Positions 29,824 to 38,219 are shown, counted from the stretch's first letter. The stretch: 64,000 nucleotides of DNA from an uncultured Candidatus Binatia bacterium (GCA_965242525.1 OZ251459.1:576001-640000); one strand, 5' to 3'. Notes: generated by a model not told the origin, from the sequence alone. Made by a program: numbers and translations.

Positions 29824-31395
29824 TCAGGAAGGCGTCTCCACCTCGAAGGCGGCGAGGTTTCGGTCGTGCTTGCTGAACTCCACGGCGATGAGGCGGACGG
29901 GTTGGCCCAGGCTGCGGTACTTGTCCGCGTAGCCCCTGGCCTTCAACTGCGCCAGGGCCTCCCCGGTGGCTTCCTTCTCCACGGTCTTGAACTCGAACAC
30001 GTAGATCTTGCCGTCGAAGCGCACGGTCATGTCCGCACGGCCGGCGCTCGAACTCTCCTCTGCGACCAGGTCCAGGCCCTGGGCCGCGAAGCAGGAATAG
30101 ACCACGCTGGCGTAGTAGCCCTCGTAGTCCTGGATGGGGTTCCTGACGTGCCACTCGTAGGGGATGCCGGCGAAGATGGACCGGAACAACGCCTCCAGGC
30201 CGGCGAAGTCGTTGGCGGCCAGCAGCTTGCGCAGGGGACTCCTCCGGGCCTTCTGCCGCGAGGCGTCGGGCAGCAGGGCCAGGAGCAGGTGCCGGTTCAG
30301 GCTCTGGCGGACCTCGTGGTTGGGGTAGGCCAGGCGGTAACGGGTGGACTCCTCCTGGGCATCCTCCCCGGCGATGGTGAGGTAGCCGGTCTGGAACAGC
30401 AGGGCCTCGATGGCCATCTCGTCCACGTCGAAGGCCGACAGCATTTCTTCGTCGCCGACCATGCGGTCCAGGTCCAGGGAGGAGAAGCCGCCCTGCACCA
30501 GGGCGTCGATGAGGAACTTGGGGGAGCCGGTCTCGAACCAGTGTGCCTCGAACTTGCGGGTGTCGAACAGCAGCAGGACGTCGAAGGGGTTATAGACCTT
30601 CTCGTCCCCCAGCCATGAGTAGCCGTTGTACCATCGGCGTATCTCGTCCCGGTCCAGGCCGGGCAGTTCGGGCGCGAACACGGTGTCCAGGTCCCGGTCG
30701 GTGTAGCCGCAGACCGCGGAGTAGCGCGGGTCCAGGGTGATGTCCTTGAGGTTGTTGAGGCCGGAGAAGAGGCTCACCTTGGAGAACTTGCTCACCCCGG
30801 TGAGCAAGGTGAACTTGACGTGGGCGTCGCTGAACTTGATGACGGAGTACAGGTTGCGCAGGAAACTGCGGTTGGCCTTGGCCATCTCGGGCGCGTCCAG
30901 CACGTCGAGTATGGGCTTGTCGTACTCGTCCACCAACACAGCCACCCGTTGCCCGCTGCGCTTGTGCAGGGTCTCCAGCAGATGCCGGAAACGGTCCGGG
31001 GCCGTATCGTAGCGGGCTTCGACCCCGGCCTCCCTTTCGATGAGGTCCAACTGGATCATGGCCTCCCTGTCCGCCAGCCCCGGTTCGTCGAAGGGTCCCA
31101 CGCTGAAGTCCAGCCGCACCACCGGGAAGCGCGCGTCCCAATCCCATTGGTCGTGGATGGCGAGTCCCCGGAAGAGTTCTTCGCTGCCCTGGAACAGTTC
31201 CTTGATGGTGTCCAGCAGCAGGCTCTTGCCGAAACGCCGAGGTCGGGAGAGGAAGTAGTGCTTGCCCCCGTCCACCAGCCGCCGGACCCAGGGGGTCTTG
31301 TCCACGTAGTAGTGGCCTTCTTCGCGGATTTCGCGGAAGGTCTGGATGCCGATGGGCAGCTTGCGCCTGGCGGCGCCGTGGTCGGGAAGGCTCAC
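29824..31395 (-). CDS. AAA-ATPase-like + PD-(D/E)XK nuclease protein, array copy D (most divergent)
   Basis: Same motifs; unique post-Walker-A and middle segments. Confidence 0.92.
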   Translation of the reverse strand: MSLPDHGAARRKLPIGIQTFREIREEGHYYVDKTPWVRRLVDGGKHYFLSRPRRFGKSLLLDTIKELFQGSEELFRGLAIHDQWDWDARFPVVRLDFSVGPFDEPGLADREAMIQLDLIEREAGVEARYDTAPDRFRHLLETLHKRSGQRVAVLVDEYDKPILDVLDAPEMAKANRSFLRNLYSVIKFSDAHVKFTLLTGVSKFSKVSLFSGLNNLKDITLDPRYSAVCGYTDRDLDTVFAPELPGLDRDEIRRWYNGYSWLGDEKVYNPFDVLLLFDTRKFEAHWFETGSPKFLIDALVQGGFSSLDLDRMVGDEEMLSAFDVDEMAIEALLFQTGYLTIAGEDAQEESTRYRLAYPNHEVRQSLNRHLLLALLPDASRQKARRSPLRKLLAANDFAGLEALFRSIFAGIPYEWHVRNPIQDYEGYYASVVYSCFAAQGLDLVAEESSSAGRADMTVRFDGKIYVFEFKTVEKEATGEALAQLKARGYADKYRSLGQPVRLIAVEFSKHDRNLAAFEVETPS

Positions 31396-31439
31396 GGGGA
31401 CGACCTCATCCTCATGTGGACTCTCATCCTCACGGGGAC

Positions 31440-31468
31440 AGCATAGCCCCTCACCGGGGCGTGGTCAA
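31440..31468 (-). promoter_or_regulatory. Sigma70-like promoter of copy D
   Basis: TTGACC-17-TATGCT with a palindromic spacer. Confidence 0.7.
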
Positions 31469-31596
31469 AACCGGCGCTGCCGGTCACCGGGAGGCGATAC
31501 CCTGCGTAGTCCCAAGGGGGCGCTCGCCAAGGCGTGGTCAAAGCAGGCGCCGCCGGTCAAGGAACCGGGGACAGGGAACCGCGGCCGCCCTCCCTC

Positions 31597-32041
31597 GTCA
31601 TTCCCGCGAAGGCCCCTTCCCGCATCATTCCCGCGAAAGCCCTCCCTCGTCATTCCCGCGAAGGCCCCTTCCCGCATCATTCCCGCGAAGGCCCCTTCCC
31701 GCATCATTCCCGCGAAGCCCTCCCTCGTCATTCCCGCGAAGCCCCCGCTTCGTCATTCCCGCGAAAGCGGGAATCCACTTGTCTTCGATCTTCCAGGGAA
31801 CCTCTGAACAGTCGAGACATCCGGGATGGATTCCCGATTCCATCATCCTGACGCCCCCATCCCCGTTCGTCCTGAGCGTAGCGAAGCGGAGTCGAAGGAC
31901 GCGCGCATGTTCCGCCGATCGTCCAGAGGTTCCCTGGGAGTCTATGGATTCCCGCCCCCGCTTCCGCGAGGACATGCTTTCGCGGGAATGACGAGAAAGG
32001 GGCCTTCGCGGGAATTGACGAGTGGGGCGTCTGCGGGAATG
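31597..32041. repeat. Composite REP cluster: about 7 tandem TCATTCCCGCGAA units, nested MITE, inverted copies
   Basis: Direct half-site repeats at 31597-31776 and inverted copies at 31946-32041. Confidence 0.88.
31797..31933. mobile_element. IS5-like MITE nested in a REP doublet
   Basis: TIRs GGAACCTCTGAACAGTCG ... CGATCGTCCAGAGGTTCC. Flanks match the empty core at 26397-26423 (revcomp). Confidence 0.75.
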
Positions 32042-32172
32042 GCGGGTGCGGAGCGGTCCCGGCCAACGTGCGCCAGAGCTGGCCGCCGGGCTGGCGCCGA
32101 CCGGGAAACCAGGGCTTCCGCGGACCCTCGATCGAGGCTCCCGCGCCCCCCGGTCGCGGCAAGGGCCGGGGG

Positions 32173-32325
32173 CCAAGTCCCGCGCGTGGCAGCGGACGTC
32201 CGGCCTACGGGCTGGACAAGCAGAAGGACGAGAACCAGGTCCCGCGCGTGGCGGCGGACGCCCGTCGGTATCGAGGTCCGGCGGCAGGGGGTTGCACTAG
32301 GTCCCGCGCATGGTAGCGGAGGCCC
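32173..32325. repeat. Three approximately 29-bp palindromic repeats at exact 62-bp period with unique spacers (degenerate CRISPR-like)
   Basis: GTCCCGCGC(G/A)TGG..GCGGA starts at 32177, 32239 and 32301; the spacers are unrelated. Confidence 0.55.
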
Positions 32326-32520
32326 CCCGCGACCCCCGGTCCCTGCAACGGCCGGCGACTCGGCCCGTCCGTCCTGGTCCTCGACGATGTTTCCGGGCCG
32401 GGGGGCTTGGAAAATTCCGGGCCGGAGGGGTTGCAAAACGGCGGGGTTTCGGGCACGATGCCTCCCCGTGAGCCTGTTTCGTGGAGTCCGAAATTTTTTC
32501 GCAAGGGGTGGAGTACCGCG

Positions 32521-32549
32521 TTGACAACGGACTCCGATTGTGGCAAAGT
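32521..32549 (+). promoter_or_regulatory. Putative sigma70 promoter of the lipoprotein gene
   Basis: Perfect TTGACA, 17 bp, then TGG-CAAAGT (extended but weak -10), followed by a leader hairpin at about 32572-32620. Confidence 0.45.
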
Positions 32550-32651
32550 CCACAGAAATCTGTACTCGACTAGCCTCTGCTTCTCGGATTCGGCGTCCCT
32601 TCCCGGAGTCGAGGGAGGCTCTCAGGGACTAAAACCAGGGAGGAACTTCAC

Positions 32652-34403
32652 ATGAGACGAACCATAGCCCAATCGGCGCTGGTCTTCACAAGTGCCCTGT
32701 TGATCATGGCACTGGTTGGCTGCGGCGGGAGCAGCAAGAAGGCTGCGACGGTCACTCCCACGGAACCCACGCCGCCGGTCGAACCCACTCCCGAACCTGT
32801 GACCCTGACTCTTCCTGATGGTCATGATTGGGATGGCGGCACGCTCTCCGCTGGTAGCGATAGCCCGTCACTGGCGTATTCCACGGGCAGGACCACCGTC
32901 CTTCGGTGCGCGTCCGGTGGCGAGGCCTGCGTCGTCGCCGTGGACGGCAACACCGCCAGCGTGACGGGCGGTACGGCCTCGCTCGCATACCCGACGAACC
33001 AGCTAATCTGGCAGGCCAACAACGGCCCTGGCGATACGTCTTCCGAGGGAGCGCACGCCAGGGGATTCGTGGGGAGGATGGTCGATTCCGCTTCTACCAC
33101 GTCCCTCGCCGCTCCCACAGCCACTACTGGCGCTACCGGCGGTATGAACACGCAGGCCACTGTGGCGCAAACGCCGACGCCAAGCATGACGTGGACCAGT
33201 GGATCGAGTCCGACGTTCGAGTTGACTTTGCCTACCGCAGTGTTCACCGGCCTCACTGGCGTGGAGGGCGACGACGGCAAGCTCGAGGGGAATGATGGCA
33301 GTGCCTCCCCCCCCTCCATAGCGGGCTGGAAGGGCGGCCCACTGACCAAAAGCTTCTTGGGCAAGCACATGCATGCCGTCATGTACACGGACGCGGCGGC
33401 GCCTACGGGCGATATGAGTCCCGAGCGTCCGGCGCTTACGATCGCAAGGGGAATAGACTTGAGTAGCAACACGGACTTGGCGGGAGCGTGGGGTAGTGAC
33501 GCCCCAACCGCCGATGTGGAATTCGAGATTATGTCGTCGATAGGTGAAGGTGTCAAGGTCACGATTCCGCTGGCCACTGTGACTTCACTGAGGGATGGAA
33601 CGCCTCAGAACACGCCAATCACGGGACTAACCCTCGAGTACCAAGAGGGGGGTGAGGATCGAGAGAGGGATGAAGTCACGATGACCTGCGTGTCGGCTGT
33701 CTGCCGGGTTGCTGGAGGACAACTGGTCGGCGAGTGGAATCTTGTGGCTGCCAAGGACGACGCTGTGGAAGGAGACCCGGACCTGAGATACCGGCTCCTC
33801 GGAGCATGGTTGGTGCTGCCCAGCGATGCCGCTGTCGCTGCCACTGACGTTATCGGTTACAACTTGGGGAGCTTCTCTTACGACAACCAGACGAACAGGC
33901 GAAACCAGGGCGCCCTGGAGGCTCAGGCAGGGAGCAGCGGCTCACTGAAATTCACAGGTCCGGCAACCGGCCTCTATATGACGGGCGAGTACAGAGGCTC
34001 CGGAAGCGGCCGTAGGGTGGACAGCGCAGAGGTTGGTTCCTTCACCGCAGCAGCCGAGTTGACCGCGACCACCGACAGCGGTGGTGACCTTGAAGGGATA
34101 ACGGGAACGGTCACGAATTTCAGGGATGCCAACTCCAGGGACCTCGGTTGGAGGATGTCCCTGGAGGACACCGGCCCCGGAGCCGACGACAATGCCGAGT
34201 CCTTTGACGGCACTACCCGCCTTGAAACTTCGAATGCTCAGGCCGTTACGGGCAATTGGGTCACCCAGTTCTACTACCGCGACACAGACGAAGGCGCAAA
34301 CACAAAGTTCGCCGGAGGGACGTTCAATGCGAGTAGTGGCGTTGATGACGACAAGGCCGTGCATGTAGTCGGTGCGTTCGCCGCTACCCTGGACACTGAT
34401 TAG
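32652..34403 (+). CDS. Surface lipoprotein with TbpB-like C-terminal beta-barrel (putative T11SS cargo)
   Basis: Lipobox LVGC-GGSS, Pro/Thr linker, C-terminal FTGPATGLY...GSFTAAAEL...ITGTVTNF...GNWVTQFY...AGGTFNA...VVGAFAA. Lower GC than the flanks. Confidence 0.78.
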   Translation: MRRTIAQSALVFTSALLIMALVGCGGSSKKAATVTPTEPTPPVEPTPEPVTLTLPDGHDWDGGTLSAGSDSPSLAYSTGRTTVLRCASGGEACVVAVDGNTASVTGGTASLAYPTNQLIWQANNGPGDTSSEGAHARGFVGRMVDSASTTSLAAPTATTGATGGMNTQATVAQTPTPSMTWTSGSSPTFELTLPTAVFTGLTGVEGDDGKLEGNDGSASPPSIAGWKGGPLTKSFLGKHMHAVMYTDAAAPTGDMSPERPALTIARGIDLSSNTDLAGAWGSDAPTADVEFEIMSSIGEGVKVTIPLATVTSLRDGTPQNTPITGLTLEYQEGGEDRERDEVTMTCVSAVCRVAGGQLVGEWNLVAAKDDAVEGDPDLRYRLLGAWLVLPSDAAVAATDVIGYNLGSFSYDNQTNRRNQGALEAQAGSSGSLKFTGPATGLYMTGEYRGSGSGRRVDSAEVGSFTAAAELTATTDSGGDLEGITGTVTNFRDANSRDLGWRMSLEDTGPGADDNAESFDGTTRLETSNAQAVTGNWVTQFYYRDTDEGANTKFAGGTFNASSGVDDDKAVHVVGAFAATLDTD

Positions 34404-34450
34404 TTGACCTTCCTTCTCTCGAACCGGCTTCGAGAGGAGGAAGCCAGACG

Positions 34451-34488
34451 GAGAGGACAACCGGCAAGTCCGGTTGTCCTCTCTTTGT
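34451..34488 (+). terminator. Intrinsic terminator
   Basis: Perfect 14-bp stem GAGAGGACAACCGG/CCGGTTGTCCTCTC followed by TTTGT. Confidence 0.8.
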
Positions 34489-34547
34489 ATGAGGTCCCTT
34501 CCATTCCCTCTCCGTCTCCGAAACTGGCAGTCCGGAAGTTCCCGCAC

Positions 34548-35948
34548 ATGAAGACCCTTGCCTCCGTTTGCCGTGCGCTGGCGTTCGCCTTGGTCCTCCT
34601 GTCAACCGCTGCGCCCGCGTCCGCGGACTCCGCGGCCGGCGCGCAGCCGCGGCCTCCGTCGGTGGAGGCTGCCATCGAGCGGGCCAGGGCGCTGATGGCC
34701 GCGGGCGAGCCCGGGAAGGCCCTGGACCTCCTGCGGGAGTTGCCGCGGGAGGGGGTTCGCCGCCTCTCGGTGCTGTTCCAGACCGGCATGGCCGCGGTGT
34801 TGGCGTCCGGGAAGGCGGACCTTTCGGAAGACGAGCGGGACGCGCTGCTCGACGAGGCCATCGCGGCCCTGCACGCCATCCTGGTGGAGCGTCCGGACTT
34901 GGTGCGGGTGCGCCTGGAGTTGGCCCGGGCGTTCTTCCTGAAGGAGGAGGACGGCCTCTCGCGTCGGCATTTCGACCAGGTGCTGGCGGGCAACCCGCCG
35001 GCGGCGGTGGTGACGAACATCCGGCGCTTCCTGTCGATCATGCGCGCCCGCCGGCGCTGGACGGCCTACGCCGGCGCCGCCATCGCGCCCAACAGCAACA
35101 TCAACGGGGCGTCGGACGCCGAGACCGTCCTCATCCCGGTGTTCGGCCAGCTACTGCCGTTCCGTCGGAGCGCGGATTCGCGCTCGCAATCGGGGGTGGG
35201 GTTCTCCCTCTGGGGGGGCGGCGAGTACCAGCATCCGCTGGACGAGCGGGTGCGGATGCGGTTCGGAGCGGACGCGGCCCGGGACGAGTACGGGGGCAGC
35301 AAGTTCGACCGGACCTTCATGGGCGTCCATTTCGGGCCGCGCTGGCTGGCCTCGCCCCGTACCGAGTTCAGCGTGCTGGGGGTGGCGCATCGCCAGTGGA
35401 CCGGGGGCAGTCCCGACAACGACGCCCTGGGCGGCCGGGTCGAGGCATGGCGCGGGTTGACCCGGACCATCGGCGCCAACGCCTCGGTGTCCTGGCGTCG
35501 GCGCGACTACCGGCGGCGGAACTCGTTGGACGGTCCGGTGACCGACTACTCACTGGGCCTGGTGTGGGTAGTGACGCCGACCCTGCGCACCCGCGCCAGC
35601 GTGGGTTACGTGCGCGAACGCCCGAAGTCGCAGTCCGGTCGCAACGCCACCCGCCTGGGTCGGCTGGGCGCGGACCTCGCCTTGCCCCTGGGCTTCACAC
35701 TGGGCGCCAGCGGCGAGATGCGCTGGAGGGATTTCAAGGGGACCGGGCGGGACTACCTGACTCTGGACGGCGCCCGCCGCTCGGACCGGACCCACATCCT
35801 GCGCGTGTCGGTCCTGAACCGCGCCTTCACCGTGTTGGGCTTCAGCCCCCAGATGGTCTTCGTCAACGAGGTCCGCAAGACCAACGCCCAGCTCCCGGGA
35901 GACTCCACCCGCAACCGCGGCGAACTCCGCTTCGTCCGCCAGTTCTGA
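34548..35948 (+). CDS. Surface lipoprotein assembly modifier (Slam/DUF560, T11SS outer-membrane translocon)
   Basis: Signal peptide, TPR-like RPDLVRVRLELARAFF, IAPNSNINGA barrel start, beta-strands, C-terminal ELRFVRQF. Confidence 0.85.
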   Translation: MKTLASVCRALAFALVLLSTAAPASADSAAGAQPRPPSVEAAIERARALMAAGEPGKALDLLRELPREGVRRLSVLFQTGMAAVLASGKADLSEDERDALLDEAIAALHAILVERPDLVRVRLELARAFFLKEEDGLSRRHFDQVLAGNPPAAVVTNIRRFLSIMRARRRWTAYAGAAIAPNSNINGASDAETVLIPVFGQLLPFRRSADSRSQSGVGFSLWGGGEYQHPLDERVRMRFGADAARDEYGGSKFDRTFMGVHFGPRWLASPRTEFSVLGVAHRQWTGGSPDNDALGGRVEAWRGLTRTIGANASVSWRRRDYRRRNSLDGPVTDYSLGLVWVVTPTLRTRASVGYVRERPKSQSGRNATRLGRLGADLALPLGFTLGASGEMRWRDFKGTGRDYLTLDGARRSDRTHILRVSVLNRAFTVLGFSPQMVFVNEVRKTNAQLPGDSTRNRGELRFVRQF

Positions 35949-36206
35949 GGCAGGCCCGCGCCGGCGGCTCGAGAAGCGCCGGGCTCATGCACCTGTACGC
36001 CATGCGGTCGAGGCGTCCCGCGACATGGACGCCGTGACCTTCCACATGCCCTTGTCGGCCAGGGAGGACTCGTCGGAGGTCTCGTCGAACGGGGAAGCCC
36101 CGGTCCGGGTAGGGTTGACAGCCTGGGTGGGTGGTGTTAATGCTCGGGAGATGAGGAGGGGTCTGGGCGGTAGGTCCGACGGGACCGAATGACGAAGGAG
36201 GAAGCC

Positions 36207-37319
36207 ATGAACGCTCTGGCGGCGATGTTGGCGGTATCGGTAGCGTTGATGCTGGCCGGGTGCGGCGGGGGTAGCTCTCCTTTGGCCGGTATGCCCGGCG
36301 GTGGCCCCGAACTGGTGGCAAGCGGCGAGGGAACCGGACCGGTGGCCAGGGTAGGCGAGGGCGATGGGACTTCCCCGACCGCTCCGGGCGATGGAAGCGA
36401 GGGCGGTGGAACCGGACCGGTGGCGAGGGTAGGCGAGGATGGCGGAAGCGGGGACGACGGGATTTCGTGGGATCGATTTCTGGAGCGGCTCGAATATATG
36501 GGGAGCGGCCGCAACGGATTTAGCCAGCCGAAAACGCTTCCAGGGGTGAACTTCGAGGCGCAGGAAGACTTTCGACCCGATGTCCAGTATTGGTCCCGCA
36601 TTCTGTCACCTTCGAGTCCCTATTGTGAGGGTTTGTACGGCGGCGTGGCGTGCAGGGCAATGAAAAGCCGGATTGCGGCCGCGGAGAGACTGCCTGGAAC
36701 GCGACGGTTTCGAGGAACTCTGGGCGTGTCAGAATTTGTAGTAGATAACGAGCCTTGGCGCGAGACCCATCCGCTCAGAGCTTTGGATTTCTATGGTGGT
36801 TGGTTGGACAATAGCGTATTTATGGTAGGGACTTTAAGAGGTGGTACATCGCAAGAGGATAGGCTCGTTGCTGATTCCATAGGCCGAGAGCATGGTATGA
36901 GCCAATTCGGCTATTCTCCCAGTAATGATTATCTTACACCAAGCGGGATCGAGGACCAGGCAATCAGGGATGAATTTGCTGGAGTATATCGGGGAGAGGC
37001 CGTTGACATGGAAGGCAACTGGGGAACTTCCGAGGTGAACCTTGCATTCAAGCTCAACGTTCCGACGCCGCAATACAGGGACCAGGACTCGGCGACGGCT
37101 ATACAGGTGGACTTGACGATCGACATACCCGCCTATGGGGAACGGTCCTGGCGGGACGATGGCAGCCTTTTCTGGGATTTCAGCTCCGCGGACGGGGACT
37201 CCCGCATGGCGGGTGAATTCTATTATGGGAAGGAAGTGGGAGGGGTGTTCCAGTTTCCGCACCCGGGAACACCCGGGACCCTTGTGATGGGGGCATTCGG
37301 AGCAAAGAAGGTCCCGTGA
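36207..37319 (+). CDS. Surface lipoprotein with TbpB-like C-terminal barrel (putative second T11SS cargo)
   Basis: Lipobox LAGC-GGGSS, Gly-rich linker with duplicated GTGPVARVGE, C-terminal GEFYY..EVGGVFQF...MGAFGAKK. Low GC. Confidence 0.75.
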   Translation: MNALAAMLAVSVALMLAGCGGGSSPLAGMPGGGPELVASGEGTGPVARVGEGDGTSPTAPGDGSEGGGTGPVARVGEDGGSGDDGISWDRFLERLEYMGSGRNGFSQPKTLPGVNFEAQEDFRPDVQYWSRILSPSSPYCEGLYGGVACRAMKSRIAAAERLPGTRRFRGTLGVSEFVVDNEPWRETHPLRALDFYGGWLDNSVFMVGTLRGGTSQEDRLVADSIGREHGMSQFGYSPSNDYLTPSGIEDQAIRDEFAGVYRGEAVDMEGNWGTSEVNLAFKLNVPTPQYRDQDSATAIQVDLTIDIPAYGERSWRDDGSLFWDFSSADGDSRMAGEFYYGKEVGGVFQFPHPGTPGTLVMGAFGAKKVP

Positions 37320-37563
37320 AACACTACTGCTGCGACTTCGACGGCATGGCGACGCCTCCGCCATGCCGTCGTCCCTTCCTTCCCGTGTGAAGGCGTCGCC
37401 TTCATGGCCCCGCTCCCTCCCCGCGCCGTTCCCCCGCTCCACCAAAAGACTTCCTGCGACGCAGGCTCCTGGTACCCTGCAACGGTTTCGCGGGGATGAC
37501 GGGGAGGTGAGGCTTTCGCGGGGATGCGACGCGGAGGGCCGAGCGCGGCCCGTTCCGCCGCGG

Positions 37564-37893
37564 TCATGGGGCGTCTCCCTTCCCGGCTTGGCGGCGGTCT
37601 CGCAGCAGTTCGGCCAGGGCTTCGTTGGAGTAGCGCAGGGATTCGGTGGCGCGGCCCAAGGCTTCGTTGGTGCGGCTCAGGGATTCGTTGGTGTACCCCA
37701 GGGATTCGTTGGTGCGGTCCAGGGATTCGTTGGCGCGGCGCAGGCTTTCGAGCAGCACGCCGTCCCGCTCGGCGCGCGCGTCGTTGGCCCGTATCATCTG
37801 CCGGACGCCGATCCATACGAGCACGACCCCGGTCACCCCTACCAGCATCTGCCCGGCTGCGATGGTCAGGGAAAGGGATTCGAACAGTGTCAT
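37564..37893 (-). CDS. Single-TM coiled-coil protein with 21-bp heptad repeats
   Basis: MTLFES-TM-RQMIRANDAR, then (xxxNESL/NEAL) about 6 times. ATGA-coupled to the upstream paralog. Confidence 0.7.
   Translation of the reverse strand: MTLFESLSLTIAAGQMLVGVTGVVLVWIGVRQMIRANDARAERDGVLLESLRRANESLDRTNESLGYTNESLSRTNEALGRATESLRYSNEALAELLRDRRQAGKGDAP
37616..37750. repeat. In-frame 21-bp tandem repeat (6 units)
   Basis: AGGG(A/C)TTCGTTGG.... units. Confidence 0.85.
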
Positions 37894-38219
37894 GGCGTCC
37901 CTCCTCCCGGCGAAGCCGGGCGCTGTTCCTTCGGCGCGGTCCGTTCGATGACGGTCTCCATGCCCTTGACAAGGCCCCGGAGGGCTTCGTTCTGCTCCCG
38001 GAGGGCTTCGCCCTGCTGGCGCAGTGCTTCCATCGCTTCGTCGTGGCGCTGGTCGGCGCGCTTCTCGCGCTGCTCCGCTTCGTGGCGCTGCTGGTCGAGC
38101 TGCGCGGTGCGGTCGTCGTTGGCCTGGACCATCCGGTGGATTCCGTAGAGGATAGCGCCGATCTGCCCGAGCCCGATCAAGCCCCGAAGCGCCAGGCTGG
38201 CGGACTCGAACTCCGTCAT
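37890..38219 (-). CDS. Single-TM coiled-coil protein, paralog of the downstream gene
   Basis: MTEFES-TM-HRMVQANDDR, EALR heptads; strong RBS. Confidence 0.72.
   Translation of the reverse strand: MTEFESASLALRGLIGLGQIGAILYGIHRMVQANDDRTAQLDQQRHEAEQREKRADQRHDEAMEALRQQGEALREQNEALRGLVKGMETVIERTAPKEQRPASPGGGTP

Noticed and set aside
31597-31776. Regularly spaced TCATTCCCGCGAA units as a CRISPR array
   Set aside because: The spacers are only about 10-14 bp and similar to each other, and the unit is a dispersed REP family.
31346-32553. ORFs containing VIPAKAGI / PFVLSVAKRSRR / SFPRKRES peptides (also 21508, 47378, 54215, 63283)
   Set aside because: They are translations of the palindromic repeats, not proteins.
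36115-36143. TTGACA promoters at 36115, 38833 and about 59572
   Set aside because: The -35 is perfect but there is no adequate -10 at correct spacing, so they are not reported as features.
24645-37319. Diversity-generating retroelement or shufflon as the cause of variability
   Set aside because: There is no reverse transcriptase, no adenine-specific TR/VR pair and no recombinase, and all array copies are co-oriented.
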